From positions 15,316,001-15,380,000 of the forward strand of contig NC_058368.1 in NCBI RefSeq assembly GCF_018350175.1: DNA of 64,000 nt, in the 5' to 3' direction. The notes below the pieces were generated by a model. That model made no database searches. It saw only the letters and a program-made list of their open reading frames with translations, and had not been told where the DNA came from. This document shows, in pieces, positions 48,467 through 60,310 of this stretch (its first letter is position 1; each line of letters begins with the position of its first letter). The position numbers and the translations under genes are program-made. Origin of the DNA: Felis catus (lineage: Eukaryota).

Positions 48467-49009
48467 ATCCCCAGAGGCTGGTCTGCTTCAGCTCTCCAGG
48501 AGACTCCTGAGATTCAAGCTGATTCACAGTAATCCCTGCTGGTCAGCCTGTGGTCCTGAGGTCTTTGCTTTAAGGTCTCCCAGGAACAAGTATCCCCACG
48601 AAAGCAGATTTGCTGTAAATGTGGGAGGCCTTACTAAACCTGATCCCTGTGGCCAGGCTGACTCCAGGTGGGAGAAGGAAGCCAGTGGAGCACAGAGGAC
48701 AAAGGCAGGAGTCTCTGCATCTGCCTTTGTTTCCCGGCTCCCAGAAAAAGGCTGGAGATTAGTGGGCTATGCTTTGTAGGAGAAACAATTTCAGGGTTTT
48801 TAAAGTGAAAAGATATGAATGTGGATTGACAGGGGAAGGAGAAGGCCACTGGGAGTTGCTTTTCAGTCGCTTCTGTGAAAATAATGGTGATGAACGAGGT
48901 TGTGCTCATCGCCAGGGAGCCTTAGAGATGGCGGGAGAGAATTCCTGATGCAGTCTCCGTCAAGTGCTCAACTCTGAACCTAGCGGCTGTATTTCACTCA
49001 TTTGCTCAG

Positions 49010-49230
49010 AATTTGGCAAAGAAGCCATTTTCAGTCTCACTCGATAAATATTTACAGAGCACTTACTCTATGCCAGCTGTGGTGCTAGTTATAAGGATAT
49101 AGTAGTGAGGGATACACCCAGGGACCTGTCCTCATGGAGATCACAGTCTAGTGGAAGATAGAAACTGAACCCCAATCAAAGTGTGATAAGTGTTATAAAA
49201 GGCAAGTATGTGGAAACACACCCGGGAGCA
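49010..49230 (-). mobile_element. L2 3' fragment
   Basis: 'aaatatttacagagcacttactctatgccag...cctgtcctcatggagatcacagtctagtgg'. Confidence 0.8.
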
Positions 49231-49234
49231 GCTG

Positions 49235-49700
49235 GAGAGACAGTATAGCTTTATTCATAGAGTATAAGCTCTAGAGCCAGAGTGTCACCATGGGAACCCA
49301 GCTCTGCCACTTATGAATTTTTTTTTTTAATTTTTAAAGATTTATTTATTTATTTATTTAGAACTGGGGAGGGGAAGAGAGAGAGTGGGAGAGAGAATCC
49401 CAAGCAGGCTCCATGCTGTCGGCACAGAGCCAGATGCGGGGCTCGATCCCACGAACCGTGAGATCATGACCCGAGCTAAAATCAGGAGTCTGATGCTTAC
49501 CGACTGAGCCACCCAGCCACCCCTGCAACTTATTAACTATAACTTAGGCTTGCTTAGCCTCATCTATAAAATGGAACATTAATAGTAACATTTACTTCAT
49601 AGCTTTTTCGCTGGGAGAGCTCAATGGGCTAGTATGTCTATAAAACAATTCTATGAGTGCATGACATATAGTAAATACCTAATTGATACGAGTTATTATA
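49235..49700 (+). mobile_element. MIR split by a SINE
   Basis: 'gctctagagccagag...cccagctctgccactta' then 'cctcatctataaaatggaac'. Confidence 0.75.
49318..49523 (-). mobile_element. CanSINE
   Basis: Degenerate TSD ctgccacttatgaa / ctgcaacttattaa. Confidence 0.92.
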
Positions 49701-50449
49701 TGAATTCTTTCTTGGTCTTGTGGGTCATTCTTTAAAAACCATATCCGATTAACTCTTTGCAGGGTGTTAACTTTAGGAGAGAAGGATAAGCTACTGTCTG
49801 CCTTGGCTATAGCTAATTTTATCGCTGATAGTCTTCTTGAGGAATGGATTTGGGTTGATGTTGAGACAAAATCTCCAATTTCTATCTTTATGCACAAAGG
49901 AAGCAAAGCATGTCCAGTTTTCTGAGGGCCAAGGAGGAAGTAGGTCTGTGAGTGCTGTCACTAACTGGTGACACTAGCTAGTTGGAAGTACAAACAGATT
50001 ATAGGAGAGCAGAGGTATGAAGTCATTAGAATGAGCAAGTGTTATGAGTGAGATTCCAGAGACTGGCCTCAAGGGTAGCACTGATTAAGTTCTCATCCTA
50101 AGTGTGACTGAAGGCCTTTTTCAGGGAGAATAAAGGTCAATTAATAAAGACTGGCAGAGTTTTAGGGCACTCACTGGGGGAGAACAAAATGGTATTGACT
50201 CAGACTTAAAGCCAGATGAAGATGGGGTACCAGAAGCCATCCAACACTTTCCTGTCATTTCCCTATCAATGGAGAGAACAGAAATCTGCCCACATTTTAT
50301 TCAAAAATCTTGTAAGACTTTAAAAGGCACATCAGAAATGGTTTCTGACAATGCAGCACCTTAGAACAAGGAGTTCAAGTGTTTCCTTTCACTCACAGAA
50401 CCTCGCACCAACCTGAAGAACCATTATTAAGATTAGAGCCCAAGCGTCA

Positions 50450-50644
50450 GGGCAACCTGGGTGGCCCAGTCGGTTCAGGGTCCGGCTCTTGATTTTGTCT
50501 CAGGTCATGCAAGATCTCACGGTTTGAGTTTGAGCCCTGCATTGGGCTCTGCACTGACAGCGTCGAGCCTGCTTGGGATCCTCTTTCTACCTCTCCCTCT
50601 GGCCTCCCCTGCTCTCTCTCTCTCTCTCTTAAAAAATAAATAAA

Positions 50645-50675
<31 letters not shown>
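50450..50675 (+). mobile_element. CanSINE with long poly(A)
   Basis: TSD GATTAGAGC(C/T)CAA. Confidence 0.92.
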
Positions 50676-50679
<4 letters not shown>

Positions 50680-51159
50680 TAGAGCTCAATCTCAACTTTT
50701 GAATTCAAAGACCTTTCTTCTCTTTTTGTTTCCATGAATTAAAAATTCTGATGTTACCTTAGTTCAGACTGCTGTAACAACGTGCTATAGACTGGGTGCT
50801 TACATGACAAACATGTATTTCTTAAAGATCTGGAGGCTGGGAAGGCCAAGATCAAGGCACCAGCAGATGTGGTATCTGGTGAGGTTCCACTTCTGGTTTC
50901 ACAGATGCTGTTTTCTGCTTCTATCCCCACGTGCTGAAGAGAAGAGAGCAGCAAGCTCCCTTACTACTGTTAACAGGGCATTAATCCCATTAATGAGGGC
51001 TCCACCCTATGTCCTTATCTAAACATAATTACCTCCCAAAGGCCCATTTCCTAGGTGGCTTTTTTTTCTTTTAAGTTTTTGAATTCTACCTTGTCAAATT
51101 GTACCTTGAATTGTACCTTGTCCTATATTTGACATTTTTCAAAATAAAAAGCTAAACAA

Positions 51160-51375
51160 GGGGCGCCTGGGTGGTGCAGTCGGTTAAGCGTCCGACTTCA
51201 GCCAGGTCACGATCTCGCGGTCCGTGAGTTCGAGCCCCTCGTCAGGCTCTGGGCTGATGGCTCAGAGCCTGGAGCCTGTTTCCGATTCTGTGTCTCCCTC
51301 TCTCTCTGCCCCTCCCCCGTTCATGCTCTGTCTCTCTCTGTCCCAAAAATAAATAAACGTTGAAAAAAAATAAAT
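51160..51375 (+). mobile_element. Young felid CanSINE
   Basis: 19-bp TSD AAAATAAAAAGCTAAACAA at 51141-51159 and 51376-51394. Confidence 0.97.
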
Positions 51376-51477
51376 AAAATAAAAAGCTAAACAACAAAGT
51401 TAATGGTAAATGACTCATAGGATTTTTGAAGATATTCAACAAATATTTTAAGGTATGAGAAATTAATGTAGATATTA

Positions 51478-51657
51478 TATCTGCCCATTGATAGATGAGT
51501 AGATCAGTAAACTGTGGTCCATCCAGACAATGCAAGAGTACTCAGCATTGACAAGGAAGGAGATTCTGACACCTGTTACAACATGGATGAGCCTTGAGGA
51601 CATTATGCAGAATGAGAGAAAGCAACCACAAAAAAGACAAATACTGTATGATTCCAC
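51478..51657 (+). mobile_element. L1MA/MB-like 3' fragment
   Basis: 'acaacatggatgagccttgaggacattatgc...gacaaatactgtatgattccac'. Confidence 0.85.
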
Positions 51658-51714
51658 CTGAATTTCGAGGAGACACAAACATTTAGACCATAACAGATAT
51701 ATTCATTCAGAGGC

Positions 51715-51880
51715 CATTCAGAGTCTGAGTTTGGAAGGACCTTGGGAATGCCATTAATCCAAACCTTTTGTTTTACAGATGAGGTGAGTAGAGGTCCAGA
51801 GAAGGGGTGGCTTATCCAAAGCTCCACGTGGTAAATGTCAAGGCAAAGACTAGAACCCAGAGGCCATTCATTGTCTGCAT
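51715..51880 (-). mobile_element. MIR3/MIR-like fragment
   Basis: 'ttggaaggaccttggg...ttttacagatgaggtgagtagaggtccagagaagg'. Confidence 0.7.
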
Positions 51881-52379
51881 CCGATTCTCATGTCTTGGGT
51901 GTTGTCTGCTATCCGCAGGCTGGTTCTCTGGCCATTGCCAGGCTCCATGTTGCTTATAAGCAACTGGAAGGCAAGGATGATACCATGGGCTGATGTTTGC
52001 CATCAACAGATGGTTTCAGACTCACAGAGTTAACACTCTTTGGGTGCTTTATTATTTTTTGGCTGCTAGATGGCTAATGGTGGACAATGTCTATGGCTGC
52101 ATGGTTTTAGTAATTGGGCTTTCCTTTAATAGAGCTTTCCCCCTTCTTACATGCAGTTTCCTCACCCTGTAGCACTTCTCCCCAGCATGGAGAGAAGCAC
52201 TTCTCCTTCAGGTCCATGCAAATGCAGAGCCTGCCTTGGTTTTGCATCCAGGAAGACCCAATGCTCCTTCTTTTGTGTTTCATCTGCTGCTTAGATCTGT
52301 CCCTTGGGAGGTGTGAATCTTATTATTCTGTTTTTTGTTTGTTTGTTTGTTTGTTTACTTCCATGTTTCCCCATTAGAT

Positions 52380-53150
52380 CATACACTGCATGGGATCAGG
52401 GGCCACAACTTTTAATTTTGTTTCCCTGAAGCATGGTCTGTTGGCTGAAGGAAAGTTCATCCACCAGAGCAGGAGAGACAAAGGGTCTGGCCACTGGTTC
52501 AGAAAAGTAGATGAAATGGTAGAAGCATGTGGATGTTCTCTTCTGGTTTCCTCTGTTTGCTCTGTGGAATAGAAAGCAGGATCTCCACCTAAGTGAAGAT
52601 GGGGTAGGGGGAGGTCTGGAGGTCAGGGGAGAGAATAGAAGGTATGACACAGGGCAGGGATTAGACCAGGGAAATATAACAGTATCTCTAAGCAGCACCA
52701 GGGTCCACTTGAAGTTTCCAGTGAGACCATAGACAAGGCTGAATGTGTCCTCCAGATGTACTCATTAGTGCAGATGAAGATTCAGAGTTGATAGAGGGGT
52801 GTAGTTAACAAGGGTCAGAGTTTTGCCATGCGAGGGCCATAGTGGAGAGAGAGGCAAGGACACAGTGGAGTAATGCCAATGAGTCATTATAATGATGGAT
52901 CACTCAGTCTCAGCTGGGAATCAAGGTAGGTAAGAAATGAGGATGGAAACAGTAGTCAGTCCACATGAGGGTCCAGCAGTTATTGAGATCAGCCTGCCAC
53001 TGGGGAGGCAGAGCAGATACCTGCAAGGAAACTCGAGAATGGCTGAAGGACTCACCCCATGGAGACTGCAGAGGAAACAAATGCTCCTCTTTAAATGCTG
53101 TCACTGAAGGCAATTCAAATGGTCTGGGGTCATATTTCAGGAAGCAGAAG
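52380..53150 (-). mobile_element. L2 internal fragment
   Basis: Purine-rich; 'ctctgtggaatagaaagcaggatctccacctaagtgaag' resembles antisense L2 ORF2. Confidence 0.55.
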
Positions 53151-53349
53151 AACTCCTGTAGGCACTTGCCTGAAGAGTATGAGGCTCTCCTTCTCTACAC
53201 ATGCTTTGTTCACTCTTTTGTTCATTCCACAAATACCTACTGAAACCTAGTAGGTTAAAGTCCTGAGATGTGTTAGGGTAGATGAGTCACAGCAGGCAGG
53301 AGTGCCACCCTGGGGAAGAGGATGAGGAAGCTCACAGAAGCCAGGCATC

Positions 53350-53480
53350 AGGCCAGGTGCTTTCTTGCATTAATTCCTTCACTTTCCTCCAGGGTATTAG
53401 TCACCCTATTTTACAGATGAGGAAACTGAGGTCCAAGGAAGCTATGTTACATGCCAAAGTTCACACAGCAAGTATATGTG
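53350..53480 (-). mobile_element. MIR core
   Basis: 'cctattttacagatgaggaaactgaggtccaagg'. Confidence 0.8.
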
Positions 53481-53907
53481 TGGGGTGCTTGGCCTCATAC
53501 CCAGTTCTGTTAAACTCTTTGCACAAGAGAGATCTGGGCTACTGCATGGATAGTCCTATTCCACTGGAAATGGTCCCTGCCTTTATCCCATACCTTCCTC
53601 CAAGTTTCAATATATTTTTTTTTTTGTAATCTTCCAAGATTCTGAAAGAGTGGCAGATCTAAATGGTTTAGAGAGATATACAGCAGTGGTTTCCAAGAGC
53701 TGGGTTGTAGCATTGGTTTGTGACAACACTCAGAAAATAAAGAGAATGTAACTAACATTCATGTATATAGGACAGAATGACTGCCTCTTGTGATGAGCTT
53801 TTCCTTTGACTTAGTAACACTTTGGTATTAAGATATCCTTTAGCTTAAGTCCTTTTTGGTGTTAAAACATCCTCCTTATTATGACATGAGAGCAAACAGT
53901 AGATAGG

Positions 53908-54088
53908 TGTTTCTCAGTTTGCTTTGAGCAAGAGAAAGGCAGAGAGGTAGGGAGAGAGAGAATCCCAGGCAGGCCCACACTGCCAGCGCAGAGCCCAATG
54001 CAGGGTTTGAACCCACGAACGGTGAGATCATGACCTGAGCCTAAATCAAGAGGCAGAGGCTCAACCGACTGAGCCACCCAGGTGCCTC
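53908..54088 (-). mobile_element. CanSINE
   Basis: Head ...gactgagccacccaggtgcctc. Confidence 0.88.
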
Positions 54089-55064
54089 TGTCAATTTGCT
54101 TGTTTTAATGTCCATACTAGGCAGAAGAAATAGTTGGTACTTTATTAGCCCTAAAATGTTTTCAGCCATTTTGCCAGTCTGTGAAAACAGAAGTCTGGGA
54201 ACCACATGTTTAGCGCAAACAGAGCTTGCGAGCCTTCCCTGAAGGGACCCAGCACTAGGGCCTGCAGGGGGAGGAGGTCTTTGCTTTGTGGCTTCTCTAT
54301 CTTCCTTGAGTTGACAGAAGTCATGGAAAGACTCATACATAGGCTTGAGGACCATTCAGTTTTCCTTTGTGTGTACACAAATCCCGAGTTAGTTTTCTGT
54401 ATCATTTACCTCACAAGCAGATTTGAAGTTAGCACACTCTCTCTATAGTCCCTGAGTCCTCTGAGGATGAAGTGTCCGCACAGCCTGACATCAGGGCAAA
54501 ATCTCTCAGGCTGGGGCTTCCAGGAAGCTTCAAGGGAGGAGTGTGGAAATCAGAGCTCCCAGCAGCTGCTGCCTTCTGGGGACAATGAACACAGGCCCTC
54601 CCTTCCTATCAGTGCTTCGTTTCCTGATGGTGCCACACTGGATATGCCGCAAATGTTTCCTCAGTCCTGTGGTAACCATGAAGCAGACCCACAGCAACTA
54701 ACTTGGACAGTGAGTGGCTCAAGGTCAAGGAAACAATGTTTTCTTGGATCGGCTATGGCACATTACCTTAGTTTTGCCTGTTTGGAGAGCTATCCATCAT
54801 ATCCTAATGAGTAAAGATGAAAAGATCAGAGGACGATGAATGGCTTCTGCTCAGATACAGCCACCGAGTAATGGCTGTCATGATGGTTTCCTTAAACCAA
54901 GTTGCAACAGGACACATAGATTGCTAAGCTTGAAAGAAAAGGGTTTGTCGTGTTTCAGTTTCGTCCTTTGTTTCTCTTCCATTCTCTCCATTAAAATCAG
55001 TGTCATCTTCTTCTCCTCCTTCCCTGTTTAATTTATAGACCTCTTTCCACTTAGGCTGGTCATC

Positions 55065-55550
55065 ATACACAGTATAGTGTGGTGGCTCTGAGTATAGACA
55101 GGATCTGGATTTCTGGGATTCTCATACTGTCACCAGCACATACCCATGTTTTGATGTCTGGCATATGATTTAATCTCTCAGGGCACATTTTCTCATCTAT
55201 AAAAGGGGATGATATGGAGCGCCTGGGTGGCGCAGTCGGTTAAGCGTCCGACTTCAGCCAGGTCACGATCTCGTGGTCTGGGAGTTCGAGCCCCGCGTCA
55301 GGCTCTGGGCTGATGGCTCAGAGCCTGGAGCCTGTTTCCGATTCTGTGTGTCTCCCTCTCTCTCTGCCCCTCCCCCGTTCATGCTCTGTCTCTCTCTGTC
55401 CCAAAAATAAATAAACGTTGAAAAAAAATTTTTAAAAGGGGATGATATTAGCATTCATTTCTCTGGTGTTGATGTGGGTATTAAATAAGAAAATGCCTGC
55501 AAAGCCTACCACAGAATAAACATGAGATAAATGTTAGCCATTATGATTAT
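55065..55550 (+). mobile_element. MIR split by a young SINE
   Basis: 'ttttctcatctataaaaggggatgatat' continues after the SINE. Confidence 0.7.
55216..55432 (+). mobile_element. Young felid CanSINE
   Basis: 16-bp TSD TAAAAGGGGATGATAT at 55200-55215 and 55433-55448. Confidence 0.97.
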
Positions 55551-57087
55551 CTCTAAAAGTACAGAACACATGAGGAATGGGTTGCACTGACTCATGTCAG
55601 TAAGTGTTGATTGAACATACACAATTGTCTTGGTATTTGGGGGAGAACCGCAGAACTGCAGATGATGTCCTTACTCTCTTGTGTCATGTCACCTATTCCA
55701 CTGGCTTTGGTTATTGTTGAAGGTGTGAGTTAATGCCTCCCGAGAGTCCTTCCTTGTGTTCTCGGTTGTGGGGACAACCTCTAGAATATTATCCCATCTT
55801 GATTTACTGTCCTGAATGTTCAGCCAGGCAGGTTTCCTGTTTTAGCGCCAAATTAGAGCTTTTGGGAAACCACTTTATATATCCAAGTAAAAAAAAACGT
55901 ATCCAAGGGACCTGAAAAGAAACCAATTAGCTTTCAAAACTCTCTACTTTGTTCTATTGACAAAAACAGAAAATCTGACTGAATAAGTTTTTTTTTTTTT
56001 TCTACAATGCATGATCCTATCTTACAGAATAATTTGGTTCTCAGCTTGGACTCAGCAGCACTTGTTTCCCTTGGGACAGAAATGGTTGTCCTTAGAAGGG
56101 ATGTTGTATTTGCTAAAAAGTAAACGTTGCTCTAACTCCGGTAGCACAGGAAGCCTAAGACACGAGAAAACATGTATCATGCTGGTGCTGTGAGGTGTTC
56201 AAGGGCTGAAATGAAATATATTTGGAAAGTTTTAGTGTAATAGGTGACCCTGAGCAGGAATGGCACTCCTAATGGGCATCCTCATTAACAGAATGGCTTA
56301 CTAATTTGGAAACACTTCATTGCTTCAGTTTCATCTACAAATTTTACCAGGAGAGTTCATGTCATATTAAAGAAGTAGTTTTTCTTTTCATTAATTTAAA
56401 AACATAACATTTGTTTATGAAAGCAAAAGGAGTCCGAATTTTAATTTGTCCTCAAATACTCAGTAGTGTGTCCATCTTTCAATAAATTGATTTTTAACTT
56501 TGTTTTAAAGCAAGATGATTTTGCTCTCATAAAATCATTGGGCACCCGGTGCTCTGATCGATAAGCTTCTACCATGAAGAAACACTTTCATTCCAAGGAA
56601 AGTGCAACAGCTTCACTTCAGTGAAGTCCCAATAAAACGATCCTTTCAACTGATACAAACTTTAGACTTGTTCTCCGATTTAAAAAACCTTTACAAGAAA
56701 AGAAAACCAGTGAAAAGATCAAGTAAACAAAATTTCAAACATTTTACCTTGCATTCTACATGGGTAAGGAGAGGATTCTGTTTGTGATCCACAGGGAAGA
56801 ATATAGGGCTTTTCTGATCAACCATGAAAATGAAATTCAACAAACCATGTGTTCTATCAGGGTTTAAACAAACGTTAGGAACTCTGTAAAAAGTGCTAGT
56901 GTTTTAATTATGGTATACAGAAAGTCCCAAAGTTTTGTGAATTCTGTACCATGTATTTTTATTTGTAATTATATAAACATTAATGTGACCTAAATATTAT
57001 AACTTGTTTTTCTTAATTTTTACTGTTTTGACAAGGATCAGCTTTCCTCATCCTTCAAAAATGCCCTAGCCTTCATAAACAAAGATC

Positions 57088-58170
57088 TTTTTTTTAAACT
57101 TATTTTTTAAGTTTCATATAGCAAAATTTACTCTTTCTAGTGTATAGTTTTATGGGTGTTTAATACTACAGAGTCATGTATCCAACATGATAGAGATCAG
57201 TTTCATCACCTCCAAAAATTCCCTTTGCTGTCCCTTGGGAGTCAACTCCCCATGGCAACAACTAATCTATTTTCTGTCTGTATAGTTTTGCCTTTTCCAG
57301 AATGTCACTAAGTCATATAGTATGTAGCCTTTTGGGTCTGGCCTCTTTCACTTAGCAAAATGCTTCTGAGATTCATCCATGTTGTTCCATGTATGAATAT
57401 TTCATATCTTGCCTTGCTAAGTAGTATTCCATTACATGTACATACCACAATTTGATTTTCCCTTCACCTGTTGATGGAAATTTGGGTGGTTTCTGGTTGT
57501 AGCCGGTTATGAATAAAGCTAATTATAAACATTCACATATGAGTTTTTATGTGAACATAAGTTTTTGTTTCCTTTAGGTAAATGCCCAGAAATAAGGACT
57601 ACTGGTTCACTTGGTAACGGCATGTTTAACATGGTAATAAGATACTGCCAAACCATTTCCCAAGATAGCTGTACAATTTTGTATTCCCTCTAACTATATA
57701 TGAGAATTCTGTTTGCTCTGCATCCTTGTCAGTGCTTGGCATTGTCAGTTTCTTTGTACTTTAGGCTTTCTGATTGGAGTATGGTGGTATCTCATTGTAG
57801 TTTTAAGTTGTATTTCCCTGTGGCTAATGACACTGAGCATTTTTCCATGTGTTTATTTGCCTTCTGTATATCTTCTTTGATGAAATATCTGTTCAGATTT
57901 TTTGTCTATTTTTAATGGGATTTTTGTTTTCTTATTGTTGAGTTTTGAGGGTTCTTTATATATTCTGGATACAAGTCTTTTGTCAGATATGTGATGAGCA
58001 AATATTTTCCTCCCAGTCTGTAGCTTGTTTTTTCATTTTATTGAAGTATTCTTTATAGAGAAGAAAGTTTTAATTTTGATAAAGCAACTTTTGTTGCTTT
58101 TTTTCCTCTCTTTTATGTATGGATTATGCTTTTGGTGTTGCATAAAAACATTTTCCAACTCAAGGCAAGA
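57088..58170 (-). mobile_element. L1MB/MC-like 3' end
   Basis: 'tatagttttgccttttccagaatgtc...ctctttcacttagcaaaatgcttctgagattcatccatgttg...tatattctggatacaagtc'. Confidence 0.88.
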
Positions 58171-58340
58171 ATTTCTTTTTAACGTCAAAAACTTTTACAA
58201 TCCTCCAGAGAATTGCAATTGAATCTTTAGTATCCACTAATTTAAAAAATACATGGCAATTGTATTAATCACTACAAGTTCTCTATGCTGTTGAAAAAAT
58301 GATTATTTCTCTACTCTCATAGATTTGAATCTTCAGTTTC

Positions 58341-58762
58341 TTTTTTAAAATGTTTTTAGGGGCGCCTGGGTGGCGCAGTCGGTTAAGCGTCCGACTTCAG
58401 CCAGGTCACGATCTTGCGGTCCGTGAGTTCGAGCCCCGCGTCAGGCTCTGGGCTGATGGCTCAGAGCCTGGAGCCTGTTTCCGATTCTGTGTCTCCATCT
58501 CTCTCTGCCCCTCCCCCGTTCATGCTCTGTCTCTCTCTGTCCCAAAAATAAATAAACGTTGGGAAAAAAAAATTAAAATGTTTTTATTTATTTACTTTGG
58601 TGGGGGGAGGGACAGGGAGAGAGGGAGAGAGAGAATTCCAAGCAGGCTCCTTATTGTCAGTACAGAGCCCACTGCGGGGCTGGAACCCACAAACCATGAG
58701 ATCATGGCCCAAGCCAAAACCAGGACTCAAAAGCTCAACTGACTGAGTCACCCAGGCGCCCC
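58341..58762 (-). mobile_element. Older CanSINE whose tail is interrupted by a young SINE
   Basis: TSD TGAA(T/C)CTTCAGTTTC at 58326-58340 and 58763-58777. Confidence 0.92.
58359..58572 (+). mobile_element. Young felid CanSINE
   Basis: TSD TTAAAATGTTTTTA at 58345-58358 and 58573-58586. Confidence 0.96.
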
Positions 58763-60029
58763 TGAACCTTCAGTTTCATATGCAAATCCAGAACATTCAT
58801 CATTCTAATTGTGAATGCCCCACTGGACCTCCTCCTGTCTCCTTGCATCAGAATTTTTTGGTGGCAACACAGAATCAGGTTCTAGTCTAGCTTAAGTTTA
58901 TCAGGAGTTCATAGCATCAGTGAGAAGGACAGAGAACAATACTTGAAAACAGGCAGTAATTAAGGTGGTCCTAGCAGTTTCAGGAACCTATAACTAAGGC
59001 TAATAAAATAGGATATTAGTCTTGCTCTGCCACTGGTATGCTCAGGTCACTGTGATTTTCATTAATTAACTCCTATTGTTTTCAGAGTTTTTGCTCATTG
59101 ACTCAATGTTCAAATTCCAGACTAGAATGTGACAAATTACCCGGGTGGCTGTCCCTTTATTAGAATGTGGCAGTCAACTATAGATGCCCAGGTACTAGTC
59201 TTATGTTGTAAAGTGGGGTCGTATTAGACACCATGAGACCAGAAATGTCTTTTGTTCATTGAACCAGGAAGCCAGAAATTCTTATCAATGTTCAACACTG
59301 ATCAAGAGCCTATCATTATCTGAGCAAGGATAATACAAGTACAATGCACTTGGTACACACCGCGAAAATGCTCAAAATGTTGTGGTGCTTGGGGCACTCT
59401 GACTCTTCCCAGGAAAGTCAGGGTGGGGTTCATAGATGATGTGATGTTTGGAAGGATAAGTAGGGGTTGTCAGAGGCAGAAGGGAAAGGAAAGGTATTTC
59501 AAGAAGAGAAGGATGAATAGGTTGCTGTAGCATGGGAAGAAGGGTAGAAGGACTGGATGGTTGGGGAGAAGGTTGGAATAACAAGACAGAGCCAACTGTA
59601 AGGTGCCTATCACCTATCAGCAAAATGGAGCAAAACCCCAATCTGTCCTCTTAGGGGTAGCACAGGGAGTGAAGCAATCACAGAAATTGCTACAGCACTA
59701 AGGGAGCTTAAATTTTCTTATGTGTTGTCCTTGAGATATAAAGAATGCTATTGTTTTGGTAATGTCTTCCTGTCAAAGTTCAGGATGGAATATCACAGAA
59801 CAACAGAATAGATGTGACTTTAGATATTGTCCAGAGGTATATAACTTCTTTATGTCTCAAAAAGAGGAACTAAACCCCAGAGAGGTGCACCCAAAGTCAT
59901 CTACAGTAATGATGCAAGGTCTGTTCTGTGGCCATGGCTCAGTGTGGCCTGTATCATTCCCAAAGGCAGAGCTGAGTGCATATGAGAGTGCCTTACTTGA
60001 AGCTCCTGGCTCCCACTTTCCAAGAAATC

Positions 60030-60310
60030 CCAAAACAGGCTAAGCAGGACATTATTTCTAGGAGATATCTGCAAGGGAAGGGTTCTGAGGTCACATAAGT
60101 TGAGAAATGATGCATGCCCACTCTCTAGAGTACACTAACATATTAGAAATTCTAAAGAGGCCCACAATAAAGATACTTACCAGTTTAGCTGTTTGACCCA
60201 GATTTCCCTGTTTATTTGCCTATAGGATCACAGTTTGCCTAACACCTATTAACATAAACAATGACTTGCTAATGGTCTGAGTCATGGTCCAGAATTGGGA
60301 GACAATGAAT
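60030..60310. mobile_element. Charlie4-like hAT relic
   Basis: 'aagggttctgaggtcacataagttgagaaatg' and 'taacacctattaacat' resemble Charlie4a/4z. Confidence 0.5.

Larger units (their letters stand above)
50752..51695 (-). mobile_element. MLT1A-like LTR in two pieces (50752-51052 and about 51655-51695)
   Basis: 'ctggaggctgggaaggccaagatcaaggcaccagcag...attacctcccaaaggccc' and terminal 'gaatttcgaggagacacaaacatttagaccataaca'. Confidence 0.85.

Noticed and set aside
49763..49925. Open frame of about 53 codons after tctttgcAG
   Set aside because: Peptide unrecognised; length within chance expectation
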